A stretch of DNA of 64,000 nt from the human T2T-CHM13v2.0 reference genome, Homo sapiens, in NCBI RefSeq assembly GCF_009914755.1, contig NC_060935.1; one strand, 5' to 3'. This document shows, piece by piece, positions 15,251-31,569 of this stretch. Each line of letters opens with the position of its first letter. The stretch's first letter is position 1. The notes under the pieces were generated by a model. That model was not told the DNA's origin. It ran no database searches and was given only the letters and a program-made list of their open reading frames with translations. Both the position numbers and the translations under genes were made by a program.

Positions 15251-16008
15251 ACTCACACCTCTGTCTCACCCCTGCTCTAGGCCCTGGGGAGGAACAGATA
15301 GGATTCAATGATGGCTTCATGGAGGAGAGGACATTTGGGCCAGGCCTGGAAGGTCTGGAAGCAGACACCCAAGCAGAAAGGAGGAGGGCCTGGATGGCTG
15401 AGGCTGAGCTCAACATGTGGGATACGGACTGTGATGCCGGCAGGTGTGGGGCTGGTGAGGTTTGTCCTGAAGTCTTGGAAGTTGGGGAGGGCAGGAGCCA
15501 AATAAGAGTGTGAAGTCTGGATCCCTGGAGATCCTCCAAGGGCACCGGATGGGTATGCTTCAGCTTTGTGGCTGAGGTGGCAGCAGGGTGGTCAGAGCGG
15601 TCCAGCAGGCAACCAGGGATGGAGGCCCCGGAAGAACGTGGAGCACCCCAGGGACTGCTCACCCCTGGGCCCAGCTGTGAGGTTTGCCAAGAGGAGGGAT
15701 CCCTCATGCTGGGTGAGGCCTCAGGTGACCCTCTGTGACTCCACTCTCTCCTCTTCCCTGGGCCTGGCCTGTGCCTTTCTCACTGGGCTCTGTGGTCCCC
15801 TCCAGTTCTCCCATGATCCTCCGGTCAGTAGGGGCCTGGCCAGGGCACAGACACCCATGCAAAGGTGGCTTCTCACCTCTTGGCCCTGGCATGGACCCCA
15901 CTGCTGCCCCAGAATGGTGGTGGCTTTCACTGGACACACCACTTGGTCACCTCACACCAAGGCCAACTCAGACCTCCAAGAATTGTTTGCCTTCTCTTCT
16001 TAAGGCTC

Positions 16009-16429
16009 TGTATTAGTTTCCTAGGGCTGCCATCACAAATTGTCACAAAGTGGGTGCTTCAATCAACAGAAATGTCTTATCCCATGGTTCTGGTGGCTGG
16101 AAGTCCAACATTAAGGTGTTTTCAGGGCCACACTCCCTCCGGAGGCTCTAGAGGAGAATCCGCGCCTGGCTGCTCCCAGGTTCTGGTGCCTCTGGCATTC
16201 CTTGGATTGCATCCAGTCTCCACCTGCATCTTCCCATGGCCTCTTTTCCATCTCTCATAGGGACATTTGCCATTGGATTTAGCGTTCATGTAGGTAATCT
16301 AGGGTGATCTCATCTGAAGATCCTTAATTACATCTGCAAAGACCTTTTTCTAAGATAGGGCATGTTCACAGTCTCCAAGGGATGGGACATGGACATATCT
16401 TTGTGAGAGCCACCCCTCTGCCTACCACA
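16009..16429 (-). mobile_element. MaLR solo LTR (MLT1C-like)
   Basis: tgtattagtttcctagggctgcc...ttctggtggctggaagtcc...atccttaattacatctgcaaagacc...ctaccaca. Confidence 0.85.
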
Positions 16430-17199
16430 GCCTCCAAATGTGGATTGTGAAGGAATGAGAGAGAGAGGGAAAGGGGCAGTGAGGGTGGCCTTGGCCTTGG
16501 CAGGTTGGTGTGCAGAGGGCCGTAGTAGGGGTGGGTGTGTGACAATCACAATGCGGGAAGCAAGGGTGCTGCTATCAGGAAGCCTGTCTGGTCTGGTCAT
16601 AGCATCCTTGACTCCAATGGTTCAGCTCAGAAGGGTGGGAACTCAGCTCTGCCTGTGGGGCTGGGCTAAGCCAGAAAGGCTCCCTGGGGTAGATGAGCTT
16701 CAAGTCTTTCCTGAGGAAAGACCAGCTGAGGGGTGCAGAGAGAGCGTACAGGCTGAAGAGATGCTACTCAGGCCTTTTTTCATGCTAGGAGATCCCAGCT
16801 GTGCCTCTTGTCAGGTCTAGGGCTTTTCAGGGCAGGGATGGGCCTCCCCCCTCAACTGGGGAGACCCTTTCACAGAGGCAACGTCTGGGGCCAGGGTAAG
16901 GTTGTGGCTGCAGAGCACAGAGGGGAGGCCCCAAAGGTCCTCACCAGGACTCCATGGCAGGGACAGCCAGGGAAGGGAGACATGAGGCAGGCACACATGT
17001 CTCAAGGGCAATGTGGCCGCCACTAGCCCTGCTCCCACTGTCCCATGCCTCGTCAACTCCTCTTTTCCATCTCCTGTCAAGTGAGTCCACCCCACGTACC
17101 AAGCCAGGTTCCAGGACACGACCCTGCTCGCCCCTCTCCCTCACACCCTCATCTGCTTGGACACCAACCCTGCCCATCCCACTGCCAAGCTCCTCTCTT

Positions 17200-17590
17200 G
17201 TCTAGCTCCTAAGGCCTTTGTCTCAGGTCATCTCCAGGCCTCATGCTGGGCCAGGACCCACCACTCCCTCCAGCCCCTGTCTAACTCTGCCTCCAGAAGG
17301 ATCTTTCAAGAAAGCAAACCTGACCTTGTCACCCTATTAAGACCCTGCAGAAGCTCCCCACTGCCCACCAGATAAAGTGCAGGCTCTCTCACTGGGCATT
17401 CAAGTCTCTCATCCGCCACCCCTCCCAGGGGTGCCTCTCCAGCAAGGCCAAACTGCTTGTACTCTGCTGCCCATCCTTCTGTTTGACCTGTCTTTCCTCT
17501 CTTAGCTTCACATGATACTGCTTGTGCTTGCTCTAGGACCTCAGATGCCACCAACTCCAGGAAGGCCTCCCTGAGTGCTCTTGCCCGCTC
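17200..17590 (+). mobile_element. L2 fragment
   Basis: ccagaaggatctttcaagaaagcaaacctgaccttgtcacccta...ccactgcccaccagataaagtgca...ccaggaaggcctccctga. Confidence 0.55.
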
Positions 17591-18087
17591 CAAGTAGCTG
17601 CAGCATGAGGAGTATCTTGAGTTTGGGACTCACACTGCATCCCACTGTGGAGGACACTCTGGGCAGCCCAGCTGTCCTGCAACTGCCTTAGCAGTCCCTA
17701 CCCCCAGCCCAGCACTATGGGGCAGACCACTTGTCTACTGTCTCTCCTTCCCTTCTCCTTCCTGGCCCCCATGGCATCCCTGCCCTAACTTCTCCTCCTC
17801 AGATTTTTCTTTCTGTATCAAGATGGTCAGGGGCCTCATATTCTCTGTCCCTTCTTTATGTCAGAACCTGCTCTCCAGTGGGATCTGAAGCTCCTTCACA
17901 CTTATGCACAAAAGCCTGATAATGGCTGTAGTTGACTCCTGGAGGAACAGTGGTGGTTATTCTGGCACATGGAGTGGGTGGGGAGGTTTTTTGGGCACAG
18001 GAATCTTCTTATCTTCTTGAAGTCCCTGAAATCTGTCTTGGGTGCATCATCTATTCTTTATTTTTTAATTAAAAATTTTTAATTGAA

Positions 18088-18375
18088 GGCTGGGTGTGGT
18101 GGCTCATGCCTGTAATCCCAACACTGTGGGAGGCTGAGGCGGGCAGATCACCTAAGGTCAGGAGTTCAAGATCAGCCTGGCCGACATGGCGAAACAGCGT
18201 CTCTACTAAAAATACAAAAATTAGCTGGATGTGGTGGCGCACATCTGTAATTCCAGATACTCAGGAGGATGAGGCAGGAGAATTGCTTGAACTTTGGAGG
18301 CAGAGGTTTCAGTGAGCCAAGATCGCACCACTGCACTCCAGCCTGGGTGACAGAATGAGTCTTCGTCTCAAAAAA
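18088..18375 (+). mobile_element. Alu SINE (AluSx-like)
   Basis: Full Alu body flanked by aatttttt(t)aattga direct repeats, inserted at the 3' tail of the host L1M. Confidence 0.95.
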
Positions 18376-19563
18376 CAATTTTTTTAATTGATACATAATA
18401 TTTGCATATATTTATGGGGTACACATGGTATTTTGTTACATGCATAGAATGTGTAACGATCAAGTCAGGGTATTTGGGGTATCCATTATCTTGAGAATTT
18501 ATAATTTTCATATGTTGGAAACATTTCAAGTCCTTTTTTCTAGTAATTTTGATATATACAATACATTGTTGCCAACTATAATCACTCTTGTTTGCTATGG
18601 AACTAATTTCTTCTGTCTAACTGTATGTTTATACCCAATAACCACCCTCTCTTTATCTCACTGCCCTGCACTTACCAGCCTCTGGTAACTGTCATTCTAC
18701 TCTCTACTTTCATGAGATTAACTTTTTTAGCTGTCATGTATGAGTGAGAACATATGATATTTGCCTTTCTATGCCTGGCTTATTTTACTTAACTTAATGA
18801 CCTTCAGTTCCATCCATGTTGCCACAAAAGACATGATCTCATTCTTTTTTATGGCTGAATACTATTCTGCTGTGTATATATACACACCACATTTTCTTTA
18901 TCCAATCATTCATTGATGGACACTTAGGTTGAATCTATAGTTTTCCTTCTGTGAATAGTGCTGCAATAAACATGCAAGGGCAGGTATCTTTTTTGATGTG
19001 ATTTCTTTTCCTTTGGGTAGATACTCAGTAGTGTGACAGATAGACTAAATGGTGTTCTTATTTTTAGTTCTTTGAGAAATCTCCATACTGTTTTCCATAG
19101 AGGTTGTACTAACTTACATCCTCACCAACAGTGTATGAGTTCTCTTTCCTCCACATTCTCACCAACATCTGTTTTTTTAAAAATCTTTTTTATGATAGCC
19201 ATTCTGAGTGGTGTAACATGATCTCTTGTGGCTTTAATTTGCATTTCTTGGATGATTAGCGATGTTGAGGATTTTTTCATATGTCTATTGGCCATTTGTA
19301 TTTCTTTTTTTTTTTTTAAATGTTTACTGATGTTCTTTTCCCACTTTTTTAAAAAATTATTATACTTTAAGTTTTAGGGTACATGTGCACATTGTGCAGG
19401 TTAGTTACATATGTATACATGTGCCATGCTGGTGCGCTGCACCCACTAACTCGTCATCTAGCATTAGATATATCTCCCAATGCTATCCCTCCCCTCTCCC
19501 CCCACCCCACAACAGTCCCCAGAGTGTGATATTCCCCTTCCTGTGTCCATGTGCTCTCATTGT

Positions 19564-23403
<3,840 letters not shown>

Positions 23404-23451
23404 TTATTTTGCTCATTAGTTGATGCAGTTTCTTCCTAGTCTCGATGGTCT

Positions 23452-24468
23452 TTACATTTTGGCATGATTTTGCAGCAGCTGGTACTGGTTGTTCCTTTCC
23501 ATATTTAGTGCTTCCTTCAGGAGCTCTTGTAGGGCAGGCCTGGTGGTGACAAAATCTCTCAGCATTTGCTTGTCTGTAAAGTATTTTATTTCTCCTTCAC
23601 TTATGAAGCTTAGTTTGGCTGGATATGAAATTCTGGGTTGAAAATTCTTTTCTTTAAGAATGTTGAATATTGGCCCCCACTCTCTTCTGGCTTGTAGGGT
23701 TTCTGCCGAGAGATCCGCTGTTAGTCTGATGGGCTTCCCTTTGAGGGTAACCCGACCTTTCTCTCTGGCTGCCCTTAACATTTTTTCCTTCATTTCAACT
23801 TTGGTGAATCTGACAATTATGTGTCTTGGAGTTGCTCTTCTCGAGGAGTATCTTTGTGGCGTTCTCTGTATTTCCTGAATCTGAACGTTGGCCTGCCTTG
23901 CTAGATTGGGGAAGTTCTCCTGGATAATATCCTGCAGAGTGTTTTCCAAGTTGGTTCCATTCTCCCCATCACTTTCAGGTACACCAATCAGACGTAGATT
24001 TGGTCTTTTCAGATCGTCCCATATTTCTTGGAGGCTTTGCTCATTTCTTTTTATTCTTTTTTCTCTAAACTTCCCTTCTCGCTTCATTTCATTCATTTCA
24101 TCTTCCATTGCTGATACCCTTTCTTCCAGTTGATTGCATCGGCTCCTGAGGCTTCTGCAGTCTTCACGTAGTTCTCGAGCCTTGGTTTTCAGCTCCATCA
24201 GCTCCTTTAAGCACTTCTCTGTATTGGTTATTCTAGTTATACATTCTTCTAAATTTTTTTCAAAGTTTTCAACTTCTTTGCCTTTGGTTTGAATGTCCTC
24301 CCGTAGCTCAGAGTAATTTGATCGTCTGAAGCCTTCTTCTCTCAGCTCATCAAAGTCATTCTCCATCCAGCTTTGTTCCGTTGCTGGTGAGGAACTGCAT
24401 TCCTTTGGAGGAGGAGAGGTGCTCTGCTTTTCAGAGTTTCCAGTTTTTCTGTTCTGTTTTTTCCCCAT
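23452..24468 (-). CDS. LINE-1 ORF1p, intact 338 aa
   Basis: MGKKQNRKTGN...QNHAKM, canonical length; REKG, ARR and YPAKLS motifs present. Confidence 0.95.
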   Translation of the reverse strand: MGKKQNRKTGNSEKQSTSPPPKECSSSPATEQSWMENDFDELREEGFRRSNYSELREDIQTKGKEVENFEKNLEECITRITNTEKCLKELMELKTKARELREDCRSLRSRCNQLEERVSAMEDEMNEMKREGKFREKRIKRNEQSLQEIWDDLKRPNLRLIGVPESDGENGTNLENTLQDIIQENFPNLARQANVQIQEIQRTPQRYSSRRATPRHIIVRFTKVEMKEKMLRAAREKGRVTLKGKPIRLTADLSAETLQARREWGPIFNILKEKNFQPRISYPAKLSFISEGEIKYFTDKQMLRDFVTTRPALQELLKEALNMERNNQYQLLQNHAKM

Positions 24469-25380
24469 CTTTGTGGTTTTATCTACTTTTGGTCTTTGAT
24501 GATGGTGATGTACAGATGGGTTTTTGCTGTGGATGTCCTTTCTGTTTGTTAGTTTTCCTTCTAACAGACAGGACCCTCAGCTGCAGGTCTGTTGGAATAC
24601 CCTGCCTTGTGAGGTGTCAGTGTGCCCCTGCTGGGGGGTGCCTCCCAGTTAGGCTGCTCGGGAGTCAGGGGTCAGGGACCCACTTGAGGAGGCAGTCTGC
24701 CCGTTCTCAGATCTCCAGCTGCGTGCTGGGAGAACCACTGCTCTCTTCAAAGCTGTCAGACAGGAACATTTAAGTCTGCAGAAGTTACTGCTGTCTTTTT
24801 GTTTGTCTGTGCCCTGCCCCCAGAGGTGGAGCCTACAGAGGCAGGCAGGCCTCCTTGAGCTATGGTGGGCTCCACCCAGTTCCAGCTTCCAGGCTGCTTT
24901 GTTTACCTAATCAAGCCTGGGTAATGGCAGGCGCCCCGCCCCCAGCCTCGCTGCCGCCTTGCAGTTTGATCTCAGACTGCTGTGCTAGCAATCAGCGAGA
25001 CTCCGTGGGCGTAGGACCCTCCGAGCCAGGTGTGGGATATAATCTGGTGGTGCGCCGTTTTTTAAGCCCGTCGGAAAAACGGAGTATTCGGGTGGGAGTG
25101 ACCCGATTTTCCAGGTGCTGTCCGTCACCCCTTTCTTTGACTGGGAAAGGGAACTAACTCCCTGACCCCTTGCGCTTCCCAAGTGAGGCAATGCCTCACC
25201 CTGCTTCGGCTCGCGCACGGTGCGCGCACCCACTGACCTGCGCCCACTGTCTGGCACTCCCTAGTGAGATGAACCCGGTACCTCAGATGGAAATGCAGAA
25301 ATCACCCGTCTTCTGCGTCGCTCACGCTGGGAGCTGTAGACGGGAGCTGTTCCTATTCGGCCATCTTGGCTCCTCCCCCC
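24469..25380 (-). promoter_or_regulatory. L1 5' UTR internal sense promoter and antisense promoter; YY1 site at 25358-25368
   Basis: CpG-rich first ~450 nt; caagatggccg YY1 motif intact. Confidence 0.85.
24924..25157 (+). CDS. LINE-1 ORF0-like antisense ORF (77 aa)
   Basis: ATG at 24924 gives MAGAPPPASLPPCSLISDCCASNQRDSVGVGPSEPG..., the primate L1 ORF0 sequence, with an altered C-terminus. Confidence 0.8.
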   Translation: MAGAPPPASLPPCSLISDCCASNQRDSVGVGPSEPGVGYNLVVRRFLSPSEKRSIRVGVTRFSRCCPSPLSLTGKGN

Positions 25381-26041
25381 TTTGCCCACTTTTAAATGAG
25401 GTTATTTGTTTTCTTACTGCTGAGCTGTTTGAATTCCTTGGATATTCTCAGGATATTAGTTCTTTGTTGGATGAATAATTTGTAAATATTTTATCCCAAT
25501 CAGGAGGTCATCTCTTCACTTTATTGATTGTTTCCTTCGCTGCACAGAAACTTTTTAGTTTAATATAGTCCCATTTGTCTAGTTTTGTTTTTGTTGCCTA
25601 TGCTTTTGATGTCTTAGCCATAAAATCTTTGCCTACACCAAAGTCCTAAAGTGTTTCCCTGTGCTTTATGCTTTCTTCTATTGGTTTTATAATTTTGGGT
25701 GTTACGTTTAAGTCTTTAATCCATCCTGAGTTGATTTTTTGTATAGTGAGAAATAGGGTCTAGTTTCATTCTTTCACATATGGATATCCAACTTTCCCAG
25801 CACTGTTTATTCAAGAGACTGTCCTTCAATGTATATTCTTGGCACTTTTGTTGGAAATCATTGGCTGTAAACACATGCATGTATTTCTGGATTCTCTATT
25901 CTGTTTTATTGTTCTATGTGTCTGTTTTTATTCCAATAGCATGCTGCTTTGGTTAATATAGCTTTGTGATATATTCTGAAGTCAGCTAGTGTGAAACTTT
26001 CGGCTTTGTTGTTTTTGCTCAGGATTGCTTTGGCTATTTAG

Positions 26042-26476
<435 letters not shown>

Positions 26477-27263
26477 TAGTCATCTTAAGGACATCAATTA
26501 TTTTGATTTAAGAACATAGGCTCTCTTTCCATTTGTTTGTGTCCTCTTTAATTTATTTCATCAGTGTTTTGTAGTTTTCCTTGTTTTTTGCCTCACGATT
26601 AAATTTATTCCTAGGTATTTTATTTTATTTTTAAAAGCTTGTTTTCTTTTTTAATTGGCATATAATAATAGTACATATTTATGGAATCCCAAGTTATGTT
26701 TTGATACATACAGTGTAGACTTTTTCTTCCACTAATTTTGGTTTTGGTTTTCTCTTGCTTTTCTCATTCCTTGAGGTGCATTGTTAGATTATTTGAATTC
26801 TTTCCACTTTTTTGATGTAGGCATTTATTGCTATAAACTACCATTTAGCACTGCTTTTGCTGTATCCCATAGATTTTGGTATGTTGTGTTTTGATTTTCA
26901 TTTGTTTCAAGAAATTTTTTGATTTCCTTTTAAATTTCTTTTTTGATCCAATGGCCATTCAGGGACATGTTGTTTAATTTCCATATATTTGTGCAGTTTC
27001 CAACATTCCTCTTGTTATTAACTTCTGGTTTTATTTTATTGTGGTCTGAGAAGGTACTTCATATGATTTTGATATTTAAAAATTTGTGGAGACTTGTTTT
27101 GTGTGCTAACATATGGTTTATCCTGGAGCATGTTCCATATGCTGATGAGAAGAATGTGTGTTTTGTAGCTGTTGGATGAAATGTCCTGTAAATTTTTGTT
27201 AGGTATATTTGGTATAATGTGCAGTTTTAATTCAATGTTTCTTTGTTAATTTTCTGTCTAGAT

Positions 27264-27483
27264 CAGGGGTGTCCAATTTCTTGGCTTCCCTAAGGCACAT
27301 TGGAAGAAGAATTGTCTTGAGCCACACATAAAATACAGTAACACTAACGAATAGCTGATGAGCTTAAAATAAATTGCAAAAGCTCTCATTATGTTTTAAG
27401 AAAGTTTATGAATTTGTGTTGAGCTGCATTCAAAGCCATCCTGGGCTGCATGTGGCCTGCAGGCCATAGGTTGAACAAGCTTG
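27264..27483 (+). mobile_element. MER30 non-autonomous hAT DNA transposon
   Basis: caggggtgtccaat...ggttgaacaagcttg flanked by perfect 8-bp TSD gtctagat (27256-27263 and 27484-27491). Confidence 0.92.
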
Positions 27484-28314
27484 GTCTAGATAATCTGTTT
27501 AATGCTGAGAGTGGGGTGTTGAAGTTCACAACTCTTATTGTACTGGAGTCTACTTCTTTCTTTACATCTAATAATATTTGCTTTATATATCTGGGTGCTC
27601 TGATGTTGGGTGCATATATGTTTAGAATTGTTATATTCTTTTGCCAAATTGATCCCTTTATCATTATATAATGATTGTCTTTATCTCTTTTTATTGTTTT
27701 TGACTTAAAGTCTGTCTTATCTCTTATATGTACAGCTATTCCTGCTTGCCTTTGGTTTTCATTTGCATGGACTTTTTTCATCCCTTTAGTTTAAATCTAT
27801 ATGTGTCTTTATACATAAGGTGAGTTTCTTTTAGGAAGCATATAGTTGGGTCATGTTTTTTAATTCATTTAGCCAGTCTTTGTCTTTTATTTGGAAAGTT
27901 TAATCTGTTTTTATTCAAGGTTATTATTGATACATGATTTTATTAAATAATTTCTGGTGGCTGCATTGGGCTTGGGAGGCCAGTCCCTAGGCACATAGTG
28001 CGTACGTATGTGTGGGTGTCAGCTGTGGTGGTAGAGGCAGGTTGGGTGGGCCTGATCTCAGGCCCCTGGGAAAGTGTTTGGGTGCCAAAGGTGATGAACT
28101 GGGTTGGGTGATTCCCATACCCAAAGATGACATGCTTAGGCACTGGGAAGGAGGAGTGGAGCCAGGCCTGGCTCCTTAGGCCCCTTAGTAGTGTGTGTAG
28201 GCACTGGCTGTGTTAGGCAGAGGCAGGGTGATCCCTAGGCTCCTGGTGGTATGTTGGGGTGGAGGTGTCACTGCCACCCTGCTACTGGGGAGCACAGGGT
28301 TGCTTTCAGTGGCA

Positions 28315-28462
28315 GCAGCAGTAGGCAGGGAGCTGGGGAGCATGCACTTTGCTTGTGCTTTGGCAGCAGTAGGCAGGGAGCTGGGGAGCATGCACTTTGC
28401 TTGTGCTTTGGCAGCAGTAGGCAGGGAGCTGGGGAGCATGCACTTTGCTTGTGCTTTGGCAG
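28315..28462. repeat. Perfect 48-bp x3 tandem repeat
   Basis: Unit gcagcagtaggcagggagctggggagcatgcactttgcttgtgctttg three times; visible as a 16-aa repeat in the ORF track. Confidence 0.95.
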
Positions 28463-29454
28463 TGGCAGTGGCTGTGGGGCAGGGGAGTCTGTCCTCAGGG
28501 CTTGTGAAATGCATAGTAACTGCTGCTGGGGGCACTGGAATCCCTGCCAATGGCTTCTGTTTTGACCCTGGGATCATCCAGCAGCTGCAGAGGCTGTAGG
28601 TTGGGTAGCCTTTCCTCAGGCCATATGAAATGTACTGTCACCCCTCTGTTGGGGGTGGGGGGTGGAGTTGCAAGCTGATGCTCTCAGTCAACCCCTTCCT
28701 CTGCTAACCATTGGTTTGCAGGCTGCATAATCCACTCTAACTTTGGGCAGGACTTCTAAGAGCTTCTAATCTGTAACTCCTTTTTGTACACCAACCCCAA
28801 CCACCCAGCCTTGGGAAACTGAGTGTACAAGGCCTCAGCCTGGGTACACCGAAAGGAAGCAGAGAGGAGAAGCGAGTCAAGAAGCTTGAGATCTGACACA
28901 GGTTCTGGCAAGTGCCCTTGGGCCAGGGACTCTTATTTCCTCTTCCATAGAAGGTAGATGTTGGACTGGTGGCTTCTCATGGCCTTTCCCTTCCTGCATC
29001 AAACTTGTGATGTTTCTAGTGAATTTTGTATGATTGTAGTTTGGGAAGCTCTTTCATGTTCCCCAATTGACTTGATTTTTCGAACACTTGGGAGGTAGGT
29101 GGTACCAACCCACTTTACAGATGAGGGAACTGAGCTTTGGTGTGATCAATCTCATAGCCAGTTGGTAACAGAACCAGGTCTGGAGTTGGCCCCCTGACTC
29201 CTATCTCCTGAGTTCACCCTGATTGCTGGGAGCTGGAGGAGCTTTTGGCACTGGGGGCAGATTGTTTTCTCCAAATGAGGCAGGCATGGGACCAGGACAA
29301 GCCAGGTCTCCTCTCCTCTTGCCCACCCTACTCACTCAGGCTAATACCTCCTATCCTGCTGTATCTAGTCTTAAAAATGGGTCTCTGTCCCCTCAGGGGG
29401 ATCCTCTGGCCTCTCCAACCTTAGCTGCTCTTCTAGGAAAGTGGGCCAAAGAAA

Positions 29455-29841
29455 ATTTCTGGTTTGGTTTGCATGTGTCCCCCAAAGTTCATGTATTGGC
29501 AACTTAATCTCCAATGAAACAATGTTGAGAGGTGGGACCTTTAAGAGGTGATTATGTAATGAATGGATTACTCTGCCCTCATGAATGGATTAATGCCATT
29601 ATCACAGGAATGGATTCCTGATACAATGATGAGTTTGGTCCCCTTTCCCTTCCTCTCTCATGCTCTCTTGTCCCTCCACTTCTGCTGCAGGATGACACAG
29701 CAAGAAGGCCCTCACCAGATGCTGAGCAGATGCCGGCACCATGCCTGTGGACTTCCCAGCCTCCAGAACTGTGAGCCAAATAAATTTCTTTATACATTTC
29801 CCAGTCTCAGGTATTCTGTTAGCGGCACTAAACACTAAATA
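29455..29841 (+). mobile_element. MaLR solo LTR (MST-like)
   Basis: tgtcccccaaagttcatg...gaggtgggacctttaagaggtgatt...cccagcctccagaactgtgagccaaataaatttc...cagtctcaggtattctgtta. Confidence 0.9.
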
Positions 29842-30384
29842 CCTTCCATGAGGCGGCAGGCAAGTAGGCCCCTGGCCCAGATGAGGAGGCTTCCTTTTCT
29901 CAGTGGGGTAGCTCTCAAATCTCCCATGCAGGGTGGGGGCGAATTCCTCCAGACAAGCTTCAGGGCCTTGGCCTTGCCTCAGTTAGGGGAAGGGGCCTGA
30001 TTAGAGGTCTTTCAGTGAGAGGTGATGAGCGGAGCCAGGCTGGCCCCTGACCCCTGCCTGTAGCCAGGTTGCCTCCCTGCACCAGGCACCTTCTCCTCCT
30101 TAGCAGACTCACCTGGGGATCCATTCTTTAAGCCCCAAAGGAGAAAAGTCAGGGCCCTGAGGAAGAGGGGCACCAACTGCCTGATTCTGAAGAGTCTGCC
30201 CTGATCTGCCTGAGCCTGGGGTCTGACTTTGGGAAGTTTGGGCATCAGGTCCCTGTTATGAGTTGTGGCTGGAGGGCTTCAGCCTCCTCTAGTCTCCTTC
30301 AGTTGGCCCCACCTCTGGCAGGCCAGGGGCTACAGGGAAGGAAGAGCCCATTTAATCAGCTCCTGCCCTGGCCAGGTCCCTCAT

Positions 30385-30545
30385 TTGGGGTGTTATATGC
30401 CATATCTTGTTTAAACCTCGCAACCCCTTGCAAGGTAGCGAATATCAAGCCCATGTTACAGATGAAGAAACTGAGGCTCAGAGAGGTCGTCCTTAGTCAA
30501 GGCTCAGTACTAGTAAGTGGCAGGTTTGGGACTTGAAATAAAGCG
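30385..30545 (-). mobile_element. MIR
   Basis: cccatgttacagatgaagaaactgaggctcagagagg core. Confidence 0.85.
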
Positions 30546-31569
30546 TGGTTCTGTTCCCTACACTCTTTTTTCCTGTAAGATGCTTGGCCTGGGCACAGGT
30601 GGGTGGTAGTCCCTTGACCCCTGCAGGACTGTGACATGGGAAGGGACACTCTATTCTGAGTCCATGGGGGCAGGGATCATCAGGTTGAATGAATGCGTGA
30701 CTGAATTAAAGCACTTGCTGTGCTGTTTAATTTTAAGAGAGAAGGGGCCTTACTGAGAATCCACTGGCCTGACAGTCTGAAGGCCTTGGCGTGGAGCCCA
30801 CCCTCCATGGCCTTGCTGTGTGATCTTGGTCAGGGCCTGCCTCTTTATGGGTCTAATGTACAGGAAGGAGAGGTGGAAACTATTTGCTAGATGGGCCTTC
30901 AGGCTGGGCATCCTAGCCTTAAGAAACTAGGCTGCAGACCCAATGACCTCAGGCTGTAGGCAGTGGGAAATCTGGCAAGAGGCATGATACGGCTCCTGCG
31001 TGTGTGTTGTGTGGGAGGGGCAGACGAGAGGCCCTCAGGGTTCGGCGCCCCAGAAAGCCGGGAGGCCTCAGGCCCCTGGTGGACACAGAAGCAACCCAGC
31101 TGTATAACCCTAGCCCCTCTCCCACCCATACACAAATTATTGGGTTCCAGGGGCTTTTTGGTCTTTGAATGAAGCTTTTGGAGAAGTCTGTCCTTCTCTA
31201 TCCATGACTAGGCTGGGGCCCTGCACAGGATCTGTGGACTGGTGGCTCTCTGGCCTCTCCTGGTTATGGGACTGGCCCAGCAGCTTCAGGCTGCTTGGTC
31301 TGGCCAGGTTCAGCCTGCACTGCCCAGAGCCACAAGGTGGCACCCAAGCACCACATGTGTCCAAGGCCACCCGGGCTCATGTCTTGCTGGAGGGACTGTG
31401 CCTGAGGAAGGTGCAGCCTGTGCCTGTGGGTAGGTAGTTTGAGGTACCTCATCCTCAGACATCACTGGTGCACCCCTCTGCCCCAGCCATAGGACTGTCT
31501 GTGGGGCCATGCTGGTGTCAGGGCCTGAGGCAGGAGACCTGGGATCTGGTTCTGGCCCTGTGTGGTCCT

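Noticed and set aside
15249-17593. Dense overlapping 60-150 aa ORFs
   Set aside because: Overlap L2/MLT relics and GC-rich unique DNA; no [15 protein letters not shown] or domain.
28315-28462. CRISPR-like array or repeat protein
   Set aside because: Head-to-tail units with no spacers, inside an L1, in eukaryotic DNA.
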